Origin: the human T2T-CHM13v2.0 reference genome, Homo sapiens
Reading direction: 5' to 3' (one strand)
Length of the DNA: 64,000 bases
Assembly: GCF_009914755.1 (NCBI RefSeq)
Contig: NC_060932.1
The notes beneath the pieces were generated by a model, which ran no database searches, was not told the DNA's origin, and saw only the letters and a list, made by a program, of their open reading frames with translations. Positions within the stretch are counted from its first letter, which is position 1. Every line of letters starts with the position of its first letter. Position numbers and translations under genes: made by a program. Below, in pieces: positions 28,022 through 45,980 of this stretch.

Positions 28022-28583
28022 TTTTTAAAAAAATCAATGTATTGAGATATAATTAATGTACCATAAAATGCATCCAACTTGATGAATTTTGACAAATGAA
28101 TGCTCACATGTAATCTGCATTAACTACAAACACAATCAAGGTATTGTCCTCCCCCAAAGTTTTTGTCTGTCCCAGTTAATTTTTCCCCACACTCAAGGCA
28201 GTCATTTATCTGTTTTCTGTCACTGTAAATTAGATGTGTTTTTACATATTTTATATAAGTGGGAGTTACACAGTATGTACTTTTTTGCATCTGCCTGTGC
28301 TCATCAGCATATTCATTCATTTTATTGCATTAATCAGTAGTTCATTACTTTTTAATGCTGAAGAGCATTTTATTGCTTGAATACACCACTTTTTAAAATT
28401 AATTGTACTGCTGATGAACATTTGGATTATTTTTATTGTGGGATTATCAGGAATGAACAGAATGCACATGTATGCATAAACATTTTCAGATGGACAGAGG
28501 TACTAGTTTCTATTGGATAAATACCTAGGAATTGAATTCTGGGTCATCAGGTAGGTTCATGTTTACCTGTAAAAGAAATTGTT
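28022..28583 (-). mobile_element. Old L1M (L1MB/ME-like) 3' end; host of the L1PA insertions
   Basis: tattgagatataattaatgtaccataaaatgcatc...gatgaattttgacaaatg; ttggataaatacctaggaattgaattctgggtca. Confidence 0.8.
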
Positions 28584-29627
28584 GGAGGGTCGCTTCCAAG
28601 ACGGCTGAATATGAACAGCTCCAGTCTACAGCTCCCAGTGAGATTGACACAGAAGATGGGTGATTTCTGCATTTCCAACTGAGGTACCTGGTTTATCTCA
28701 GTGGGACTGGTTGGACAGTGGGTGCAGCCCATGGAGGGTGAGCTGAAGCAGGGTGGGGCATCACTTCACCTGGGAAGTGCAAGGGGTCAGGGGATTTCCC
28801 TTTCCTAGCCAAGGAAAGCCATGAGTGACTGTACCTGGAGTAGCGGTACACTTCTGTCCAAATACTGCACTTTTCCCACAGTCTTCACAACTGGCAGACC
28901 AGGAGATTCCCTCCCGTGCCTGGCTCAGCAGGTCCCACACCCACAGAGTTTTGTTCGCTGCTAGCACAGCAGTCTGAGATTGACCTGGGACTCTGAAGTT
29001 TGGTGGGGGGAGGGGCATCTGCCATTGCTGAGGCTTGAGTAGGCAGTTCTATGCTCACAGTGTAAACAAAGTGGCAGGGAAGCTCGAACTGGGCGGAGCT
29101 CACCACAGCTCAGCAAAGCCTACTGCCTCTTCAGATTCCACCTCTGGGGGCAGGGTATATCTGAACAAAAGGCAGCAGACAGCTTCTCCAGACTTAAACA
29201 TCCCTGCCTGACATCTCTGAAGTGGGCAGTGGTTCTCCCAGCATGGTGTTCAAGTTCTGATAATGGACAGACTGCCTCCTCAAGTGGGTCCCTGACCCCA
29301 GTGTAGCCTGACTGAGAGACACCTCCCAGTAAGGGCCAACAGACAGCTCAAAAAGATGGGTGCCCCTCTGGGACGAAGCTGCCAGAGGAAGGATCAGGCA
29401 GCAATATTTGCTGTTCTGCAGCCTCCACTGGAGATACCCAGGAAAATGGGGTCTGGAGTGGACCTCCAGCAAACTCCAACAGGCCTACAGCTGAGGGGCC
29501 AGTCTGTTAGAAGGAAAACTAACAAACAGAAAGGAATAGCATTAACATCAACAAAAAGGACATCCACACCAAAACCCCATCTGTAGGTCACCAACATCAA
29601 AGACCAAAAGTAGATAAAGCCACAAAA

Positions 29628-30649
29628 ATGGGGAGAAGCCAGAGCAGAAAGGATGAAAATTCCAAAAATCAGAACTCCTCTTCTCCTCCAAAGGAACACA
29701 AGTCCTCGCCAGCAAGGGAACAAAACTGGGTGAAGAATGAGTTTGACGAGTTGACAGAAGTAGGCTTCAGAAGGGCAGTAATAACAAACTTCTCTGAGCT
29801 AAAGGAGCATGTTCTAACCCATCTCAAGGAAGCTAAAAACTTTGAAAAAAGGTTAGATGAATGGCAAACTAGAATAACCAGTGTAGAGAAGAGCTCAAAT
29901 GACCTGATGGAGCTGAAAACCACAGTACGAGAAATTTGAAAAGCACACATATCGGCTTCAATAGCTGACTCGATCAAGTAGAAGAAAGGATATCAGTGAT
30001 CAAAGATCAAATTAATGAAATAAAGCAAGAAGACAAGATTAGAGAAAAAAGAGTAACAAGAAATGAACAAAGCCTCCAAGAAACATGGGACTATGTGAAA
30101 AGACCAAATCTACATTTGACTGGTGTGCCTGAGAGAGATGGGGAGAATGGAACCAAGTTGGCAAACACTCTTCAGGATATTATCCAGGAGAACTTCCCCA
30201 ACCTAGCAAGGCAGGCCAACATTTAAATTCAGGAAATACAGAGAACAACACAAAGATACTCCTTGAGAAAAGCAACCCCAAGACACATAATTGTCAGATT
30301 CACCAAGGTTGAAATGAAGGAAAACGTGCTAAGTGCAGCCAGAGAAAAAGATTGGGTCACCCACAAAGGGAAGCCCATCAGACTACCAATGTATCTCTTG
30401 GCAGAAACCCTACAAGCCAGAAGAGAGTGGGGGCCAATATTCAACATTCTTAAAGAAAAGAATTTTCAACTCAAATGTCATATCCAGCCAAACTAAGCTT
30501 CATAAGTGAATGAGAAATAAAATCCTTTACAGACAAGAAAATGCTGAGAAATTTGTCACCACCAGGCTTGCTTTTCAAGAGCTCCTGAAGGAAGCACCAT
30601 GGAAAGGAACAACCAGTACCAGCCACTGCAAAAACATGCCAAATCTTAA
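29628..30649 (+). pseudogene. L1 ORF1p, disrupted
   Basis: MGRSQSRKDENSKNQ..., WDYVKRPNL, RHIIVRFTKVEMK, broken into fragments by stops and frameshifts. Confidence 0.93.
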
Positions 30650-30712
30650 AGACCATTGACACTATGAGGAAACTGCATCAATTAATGGGTGAAACAACCA
30701 GCTAACATCATA

Positions 30713-33518
<2,806 letters not shown>

Positions 33519-33542
<24 letters not shown>

Positions 33543-33875
33543 ATGTTGGTGTGCTGCACCCATTAACTCATCATTTACATTAGGTATATCTCCTAATGCT
33601 ATCCCTCCCCCCTCCCTCACCCAGGAAGTGCAAAGGGTCAGGGAATTCCCTTTCCTAGCCAAGCAAAGCTGTGACAGATGGCATCTGGAAAATCCGGTCA
33701 CTCCCACCCTAATACTGCCCTTTTCCAATGGTCTTAGCAAACGGCACACCAGGATATTATATCCTGCGCGTGGCTCAGAGGGTCCCATGCCCATGGAACC
33801 TTGCTCATTGCTAGCACAGCAGTCTGAGATCCAACAGCAAGGCAGCAGCGAGGCTGGGGGATGGGTGCCCGCCAT
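33519..33875 (-). CDS. L1 antisense ORF0 homolog, intact start, extended to 118 aa (expression unknown)
   Basis: MAGTHPPASLLPCCWISDCCASNEQGSMGMGPSEP...IRVGVTGFSRC aligns to L1 ORF0p (MAGAPPPASLPPCSLISDCCASN...). Kozak context gcaATGG. Confidence 0.5.
33543..33616 (-). mobile_element. 74-bp inverted fragment of an L1PA5-type 3'UTR
   Basis: Reverse complement gggaggggggagggatagcattaggagatatacctaatgtaaatgatgagttaatgggtgcagcacaccaacat, matching ~39421-39494. Confidence 0.93.
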
Positions 33876-34449
33876 TGCTGAGGCTTGAGTAGGTAAACAC
33901 AGCAGCCAGGAAGCTTGAACTGGGTGGGCCCACTGCAGCTCAAGGAGGCCTGCCTGCCTCTGTAGACTCCACCTCTAGGAGTAGGGCATAGCTGAACAAA
34001 AGGCAGCAGAAACCTCTGCAGACTTAAATATTCCTGCCTGACAGCTTTCAAGAGAGTAGTGGTTCTCCCAGCACGGAGTTTGAGATCTGAGGAGAGACAG
34101 ACAGCCTCCTCAAGTGGGTCCCTAACCCCCGAGTAGCCTAACTGGGAGGCACCCCCAAGTAGGGGCAGACTGACACCTCACACGGCCGGGTGCCCCTCCG
34201 AGACGAAAGTTCCAGAGGAATGATCAGGCAGCAACATTTGCTGTTCAGCAGTATTCGCTGTTCTGTAGCCTCTGCTGCTGATACCCAGGGAAACAGCGTC
34301 TGGAGTGGTCCTCCAGCAAACTCCAACAGACCTGCAGCTGAGGGTCCTGACTGTTAGAAGGAAAACTAACAAACAGAAAGGACATCCACACCAAAACCCC
34401 ATCTGTATGTCACCATCATCAAAGACCAAAGGTAGATAAAGACACAAAG

Positions 34450-35467
34450 ATGGGGAAAAAACAGAGCAGAAAAACTGAAAATTCTAAAAATCAGAGTGCC
34501 TCTCCTCCTCCAAAGGAATGCAGCTCCTCACCAGCAATGGAACAAAGCTGGACGGAGAATGACTTTGATGAGCTGAGAGAAGAAGGCTTCAGGTGACCAA
34601 ACTTCTCTGAGCTAAAGGAGGAAGTTTGAACCCATCGCAAAGAAGTTAAAAACCTTGAAAAAAGATTAGACGAATGGCTAACTAGAATAACCAATGTAGA
34701 GAAGTCCTAAAATGACCTCATGGAGCTGAAAACCAAGGCATGAGAACTACGTGATGAATGCACAAGCTTCAGTAGCTGATTCAATCAACTGGAAGAAAAG
34801 GTATCAGTGATGGAAGATCAAATGAATGAAATGAAGTGAGAAGACAAGATTAGAGAAAAAAGAATAAAAAGAAACAAAACAAAGCCTCCAAGAAATATGA
34901 GACTATGTGAAAAGACCAAATCTATGTCTGATTGGTGTACCTGAAAGTGATGGGGAGAATGGAACCAAATTGGCAAACACTCTTCAGGATATTATCCAGG
35001 AGAACTTCCCCAACCTAGCAAGGCAGGCCAACATTCAAATTCAGGAAATACAGAGAACACCTCAAAGATACTCCTTGAGAAGAGCAACTCCAAGACACAT
35101 AATTGTCAGATTCACCAAAGTTGAAATGAAGGAAAACATGTTAAGGGCAGCCAGAGAGAAAGGTCGGGTTACACACAAAGGGAAGCCCATCAGACTACCA
35201 GTGGATCTCTTGGCAGAAACCCTACAAGCCAGAAGAGAGTGGGGGCCAATATTCAACATTCTTAAAGAAAAGAATTTTCAACCCAGAATTTCATATCCAG
35301 CCAAACTAAGCTTCATAAGTGAAGGAGAAATAAAATCCTTTACAGACAAGCAAATGCTGAGAGATTTTGTCACCACCAGGCCTGCCCTAAAAGAGCTCCT
35401 GAAGGAAGCACTAAACGTGGAAAGGAACAACCGGTACCAGCCACTGCAAAAACATGCCAAATTATAA
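34450..35467 (+). pseudogene. L1 ORF1p, N-terminal half disrupted, RRM/CTD frame open (34907-35467)
   Basis: KRPNLCLIGVPE...YPAKLSF...RYQPLQKHAKL; upstream stops. Confidence 0.93.
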
Positions 35468-35530
35468 AGACCATTGATGCTAGGAAGAAACTGCATCAAT
35501 TAACGAGCAAAATAACCAGCTAACATCATA

Positions 35531-39364
<3,834 letters not shown>

Positions 39365-39573
39365 ACAATGAGAACACTTGGACCCAGGAAGGGGAACATC
39401 ACACACCAGGGCCTGTTGTGGGATGGGGGGAGGGATAGCATTAGGAGATATACCTAATGTAATGGACGAGTTAATGGGTTCAGCACACCAACATGGCACA
39501 TGTATACATATGTAACAAACGTGCACATTGTGCCCATGTACCCTAGAACTTAAAGTATAATTTAAAAAAAAAA

Positions 39574-40255
39574 GAATAGGCATTATTTATTCCTTAAGTG
39601 TTTTGTAGAATTAATTAAGCTATCTCATTCTACAGTTTTCATCGTGCAAACATTTTAGCTATGAGACTTCTTTATTTAATAGATACATGGCTCTCTAGAT
39701 TAGTTTATCTTGCTTGCTCTTGAGCAAATTTTATTTCTATCTTTCCGGAATGTGTCAATTTTATCTAAGTTGTCGAATTTATTTTATCAGATTACTGTCA
39801 ATGGTTCCTTATTGGCTTCTTTAAGCTCTGCTGTGATTTTACTTCTCATATTCCTGATATTTGGCAATTTTTGAATTTACGTATTTGTTTTTCTTGACCT
39901 GAGTCAAGGTTTACCAATACTGATGATTTTTTCAAAGAATCAGCTTTTAGTTTAATTGATTTTCTCTACTGTTGGTATAGTTTATATTTCATTGATTTTA
40001 GCTCTTTATTTTTTTTCTGCTATATGTGAAAATAATTTGTTCTTTTCTTAACTTACTTTTATGGAAAATAAGTCATTGATTTGTGCTTTTCTTCTTTTCC
40101 AATAAAACTGTTTAATACTTTAGATTTCCAGCTGCTTTTCACCGTTTATGTACATTGTATTTTTAAGTCAATTCAAAATATTTTCAAATTTTTAAATAAC
40201 TTTTTGACCTATATCTTATATAAAATGTAATATTAGCTTCTAAAAATGGTAATTT
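39574..40255 (-). mobile_element. Old L1M mid-ORF2 fragment (likely continuation of the 28022-28583 host)
   Basis: gaataggcattatttattccttaagtgttttgtagaatt; ttttcaaagaatcagcttttagttt. Confidence 0.75.
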
Positions 40256-40603
40256 TTTTCACATGACATTCCTTGAAGTAGCTTTGTAACAGAATAATAT
40301 AAAATTGTAATTTTAAGGGTACAATTATATGATTTTTGTAAATTGACATAATTGTGCTACCATCTCCACCATCCAACTTTAATCATCCCCAAATATCCCT
40401 TATGATCATGTTTTCTATTGTGGTTAAAAAAAAGCCACATAACACAATGTCTACGTTATAAACAAATTTTTTAGTGTATGGCACAGAACTGTTAAGTATA
40501 TGCATTGTTATACAGCAGATCTGTAGAACACTTTTATCTTGTGTGGTTGAAACTCTATACCCATTTCACAGATGACAGTTTACCCCTCAACCCAGCGCCT
40601 GCA

Positions 40604-40703
40604 ACCATCATTTTTCTTTCTGTTTCTATGAGTTTGAACACTCCAGACAGCTCACCACTATTTTTCTTTCTGTTTCTATGAGTTTGAACACTCCAGACAG
40701 ATC
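40604..40703. repeat. 50-bp tandem duplication
   Basis: atttttctttctgtttctatgagtttgaacactccagacag is identical at 40610-40650 and 40660-40700. Confidence 0.93.
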
Positions 40704-42697
40704 AAGTAAGTAGAAACATGCAGTACTTGTCTTTCAGTAGCTGGCTTACTGGGCTTAGATAATGTCCTCAAGTTTTATCTACGTTGTAGCATATGAAGAT
40801 TTCATTTTTTTTATGATTGAATAATATTCCAATGTGTATTATGCCACATTTTTTCATCCATTTGTCCATTGATGAATACTAAGAATGAGTCTATTTTGGC
40901 ACATGAGTCACAATAATGAGTCACAACTTGGGCAATTGTGAATACTACTACTACAATAACCATGGAAATTCAGATATATCATCAATATATTGATTTCCTT
41001 TCTTTTGAATATATACCCAGTAGTGGGATTGCTGGATTGTATGGCTGTTCTATTTTTAATTTTTAAAGGAATCTCCACTCTGTTTGCTGTAGCTGCTGCA
41101 CCATTTTTCAGCGATCAACAGCATGCAAGAGTTCTAATTTTTCCACATCCTTGCCACATTTGTTATTATCTTGGTTTTGTTTGTGTGTGTGTTTGTATGT
41201 CTGTGTTTTTGATAATGGCCATCCTCACAGGCAAGAGGTAAAACGTCATTGTGATTTTGATTTGCATTTCCCTAATGAGTGGTGACATTGAGCATATTTT
41301 CATATACCCGTTGGCTATTTGTATGCCTTCTTTGGAGAAATGTCTATCTAATGCAGGCCCTTTGCCCATGTTTTATAAGTGGATGTTAATTACTGAGTAG
41401 ATCCTTTGCCCAGGTCTTGTAAGCAGATGTTAGCCATTTATTTATTTATTTGTTTTGTTATTGAATTGTAGGAGTTCCATGTATATTTTGGATGTTAACC
41501 ACTTATATAGTTTGCAGCTATTTTCTCCCATTCTGTAGGTTGTCATTCACTCTACTTAGTGTTTCCTTGCCTCACAGAAGATTGGTAGTTTGATTTAGTC
41601 TCACTTGTCTATTTTTGCTTTTGATCCCTGTCCTTTTGGTGTCATGTCCAGGAAATCACTGCCAATATCAATGTCATGAAGTATTACCCTTATTTTTAAT
41701 TCCAGGAGTGTTACGGTTTCAGGTCTCACATTTAAATCTTTCATCCAGTTTAAGTTGATTTAATGTATAGTGTAAGATGGGCCCAATTTCATTTAATTGC
41801 ATGTGGATAATCCAGTTTTCTCAACACTATTTGTTGAAGAGACTATCCTTTTTCCTAGTATGTATTCTTGACACTCATGTTGAAGATTAGTTGACCACAT
41901 ATATATTGGTTTATTTCTGGGCTCTCTAGTCTGTCCCATTGGTCTGTGTCTGTTTTTATTACTGTACTGATGACAAAAGCTTTGTGATATGTTTTCAAAT
42001 CAGGAAGTATGAGGCTTCTATCTTTGTTCTTTGTCTAGATTGTTTGGCTATTGGGGGTCTTTGGTGATTTTATATGAATTTTTGGATTGTTTTTCTATAT
42101 TTGCAAAACAATACCATAGGGATTTTGAAAAATATTGCATTGGAATCTGTAGATTTTTTATTTCCATAAACACAAGATATATTTCCATTTGTTTCTTCCT
42201 TAATGTCTCTCAGCAATGTTTTGTAGTTTTTGCGTACAAGTCTTTTACTTCCTTGATTAAGTTTATTCCTAAATATTTGATTCTTTATTAATTATCTTTC
42301 AGATTTTTATTTTTATTATCTTTTCACATTGTTCATTGTTAGCTTATAGAAACACAACTAACGTTTGCATGTCAATTTTTGTATCCTGCAGTTTTGCTGA
42401 ATTCATTTATTACATCTGACAGTTTTCTTGTGGATTCCTTGGAGTTTTCTGTATATAAGATCTTCCCATCTGTAAACAGAGAAAATTTTACTTCTTCCTT
42501 TTCACTTTGGATGCCTTTTGTTTGTTTATTAATTTTTTTGCCTAATTGCTCTAGCTAGGATTTTCAGTGTTATGTTGAACAGAAGTGGCTAAAGTAGGCA
42601 TCACTGCATTATTCCTGATCTTAGCAGAAAAGCTCTCAGCTCTCAGTTTTTCACCATTACTGTAAAGTTAGCTGTGGGATTTTCTTTGTTGGCCTTT

Positions 42698-42984
42698 TTT
42701 TTTTTTTTTGAGACGGAGTCTGGCCCAGGCTGGAGTGCAGTGGCACGATCTCCGCTCACTGCAAGCTCCGCCCCCCCAGGTTCATGCCATTCTCCTGCCC
42801 CAGCCTCCCGAGTAGCTGGGACTACAGGCGCCCGCCACCACGTCCGGCTAATTTTTTTGTATTTTTAGTAGAGACGGGGTTTCACTGTGTTTGCCAGGAT
42901 GGTCTTGATCTCCTGACCTCGTGATCCGCCTGCCTCAGCCTCCCAAAGCACTGGGATTGCAGGTGTGAGCCACCTCGCCCGGTC
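42698..42984 (-). mobile_element. AluY
   Basis: AluY diagnostics gcaagctccgcc, gccattctcc, ggcgcccgccacc; CpG-rich. TSD tttgttggccttt (42685-42697 / 42987-42999). Confidence 0.95.
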
Positions 42985-44919
42985 CATTTGTTGGCCTTTA
43001 TTATGACTTTTATTATGTAGAGGTAATTTCCTTCTATTCCTAGTTTGTTGAGTGTTTTTATTGTGAAACTGTCTTGAGTTTTATAAAGCACATTTTCTAC
43101 ATCTACTCAGATGATCATGTTATTTTTATCCTTTTTTTCTAATAATGTGCTGTATCATTTTCATTGACTGATGTTGATTTATCCTTGCATCCCATGGACA
43201 AATCCAATTTGGTCATGGTATAAGATTCTTTTAATGTACTGTTGAATTTGACTTGCTAGTTTTTTCTTGGGGATTTTTGCATCTATGTTCATCAGAGATA
43301 TTTATTTGCAGTTTACTTTTCTTCGAGTGTATTTGTCTGTCTTTGTTATAAGAGTAATGATGGTTTCATTAAATGAGTCTGAGTATTTATTACTTTTCAA
43401 TTTTTTGGAAGAATTTGAAACAGATTTGCATTATTTATCCTTTAAAGTTTTGGTAGAATTCTTCAGTGAAGTCATCTGGTCATCAGCTTTTGTTTATTGG
43501 AGGGTTTTCAATTACTAACTCACATTTACTAGTTACAGATCTGTTCAGGTTTCCTATTTCTCCATGATTCATCTGTAGTAAGTTGTATGTTTCTAGAAGT
43601 TTATCCATTATTTTAGGTTATCCAATTTGTTTACCTGCAATTATTCATGAGATTCTCTTAGAATCTTTTTCATTTCTGTGACATTAGTTGTAATTTGTCC
43701 TCCTTCATTTCTCATTTTATTCATTTAAATCTTTTCTCATTTTTTTCAGTCTAGCTAAGATGTGTTAATTTTGTTGATCTTTTCAAAAACCAAATCTTAG
43801 TTTTATTGATTTTTTCTATTGCTTTTCTTTTCTTTATTTTGCCTAGTTTTCCTCTAATCTTTGTTATCTTCTTTCTTCTGCTAACTTTGAGCTCAGTGTG
43901 TTTTTCTTTTCCTTTTTCATTGAGGTATAAAGCTAGGTTGTTTTTTTCTAAGAAAACTTTCGTGTAGTTTTCTATGAAAACTTTTAGTATAGGCACATAC
44001 TGCTATAAACTTCCCTCTTTTTACTGCTTTAGCTGAATCTCAGTTCTGGTATACTGTATTTTCATTTTCATTTATCTCAATATATTTTCTAATGTACTTT
44101 TTGATTTCTTTTTTGAAAGATTGGTTGTTTGGAAGTGTGTTAATTTCTACAAATTTGTACATTTTTGAGTTTTTGTTCTGCCACTGATTTCTGGATTCAT
44201 TTCATTGTGTCAGAAAATATACTTGTTGTGATTCCAATTTTTACTTTGTTAAGGCTTGTTTTGTTACCTAACATGTGATCTATCCTGGAGAATGTTTCAT
44301 GTGCCATTGGGAATAATATGCATTCTCTTCCTTTTGGGTAAAATACTCTTTATATATGTTAGGTTCATTTGTTCCATAGTGTTGCTTAAGTTTTCTATTT
44401 CCTTATTACTGATCTTCTATCTGATTATTCTATTTATTATTGAAAATGGATATTAAAATCTCAAACTGTTACTGTATTTCTATTTGTCCCTTCGGTTCTG
44501 TCAATGCTTGCTTCACATGTTTGCTCTGATATTTAGTGCGTATATAATATTGTTCTGTCTTCCTGGTGAATTCATCCTTTTATCATTATATGATATCATT
44601 ATCCTTTTCTCTTGTGATAGTTTTTGGCCTAAAGTCTATTTTGTCTGATATAAGTATGGCTACACCTACTCACTTTTTGTTATCATTTATATGTAAAATC
44701 TTTTCTCTTCCTTTTACTGTCACTCTATGTGTCCTTAAATCCAAAGTAAGTCTCATTTAGACAGCATATAATTGGATCCTTTTTATTTTGCACAGTCAGA
44801 CACTCTATAACTTCTGATTGGAGAGTTTAATCCATTTACATTGGAAGTAGTTATTGATAGGAAAGGACTTACTGCCATTTAGTTCATTATTTTATATCTT
44901 ATAAATTTTGTTTTTTTCT

Positions 44920-45745
44920 CTATTTCTGTCTCCAAAATTTCTGTTTGTTTCTTTTAAATACTTTTTATCTTCTTGTTGATATTCTCATTTTGTTCATGCC
45001 TTATTTTCCTGAATATATTGCATACTTTATGATGGTTATTTTGAATGCTTTGTCAGTTTCTTTAAATGTCTTGTTACTTTGTGTTGTTATCTGGGCATTC
45101 GAAAAACAGTCACCTTTTCCATCTTTATTGACTGGCTTTGTACTGGAAAACACCTTCACCAATCAGCCTGGCTAGAGATTCTAGGGACCTCTCAAAACTT
45201 TTCTACAGGTGCATCTTCTCTGGACTTGTGCTTATGAAGTCCAGATTAGAAAGGTTTTGCTGGTTTCTTTATTCAGGAGCTTGAAATCTCTTGCTCCTTC
45301 TGGTGCCTACCTGTGGTACTGAGGATTCTCTGGGGCTGCTCTCATTCACCCAGCTCTTTTGTGTTCTCAGTGCTTCCCCCTCATACACCACACCCCAGAC
45401 ATGTAGAGTATGTGGGTTCTCTCTGAGTTGGATGAGACAAAAACCAAGTTTTTCAGGTAGGCCCCTGAAGAATCTGAATATTAGATATATGTTTACTTTC
45501 CTTCCTGAGGGAGAAGCCAGATGTTACGTGTCTCCTTCTAATTGATCACACTATGCTCTGGCAAGTGAGTGACACAGATTTTCCCACAAGTTTCAATGCT
45601 GCCGGTTTTGTGCTTATCTGATATACTGAAGCCTTTTATCTAGATTCTGGATTTTTCACAAGTGGAAGTGGTTTACTTATTGCTGTAGAATTGTCGTTTC
45701 CATGGGAGAAGGAGGGTGTGGAGCCCCACACACCATGGAATTCTC
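44920..45745 (-). mobile_element. Old L1M ORF1/5' region fragment
   Basis: T-rich antisense ORF1-like sequence (tctgtctccaaaatttctgttt..., atggttattttgaat) grading into 5'UTR-like sequence. Confidence 0.5.
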
Positions 45746-45980
45746 TGTTGTTCATTAGTTCTAATCAATTGCCCTTCTCAGAAACTCAATCTCCTTCTCT
45801 GGGACTGGGGCTCAAGTTGGTATCAGATAAAGCTCATGTATCTTCTTCTTCCAAGGGTCCATATGTTGGAAGATTTTTTCTTGATATGGACAAATTCTCT
45901 AAACAAAAAATTATGCCTGATAAAAGTACCAAGAAATGCCTATTGTTTAGAATTCCCGAAGCCTTGACCTGAAAACCTGG

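Larger units (their letters stand above)
40411..44905 (-). mobile_element. L1MA9/L1MB-like LINE-1, ~4.5 kb, interrupted by AluY
   Basis: 3'UTR ttgttatacagcagatctgtagaac. Antisense ORF2 translations such as [11 protein letters not shown]...IREMQIK and [13 protein letters not shown]. Confidence 0.88.
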
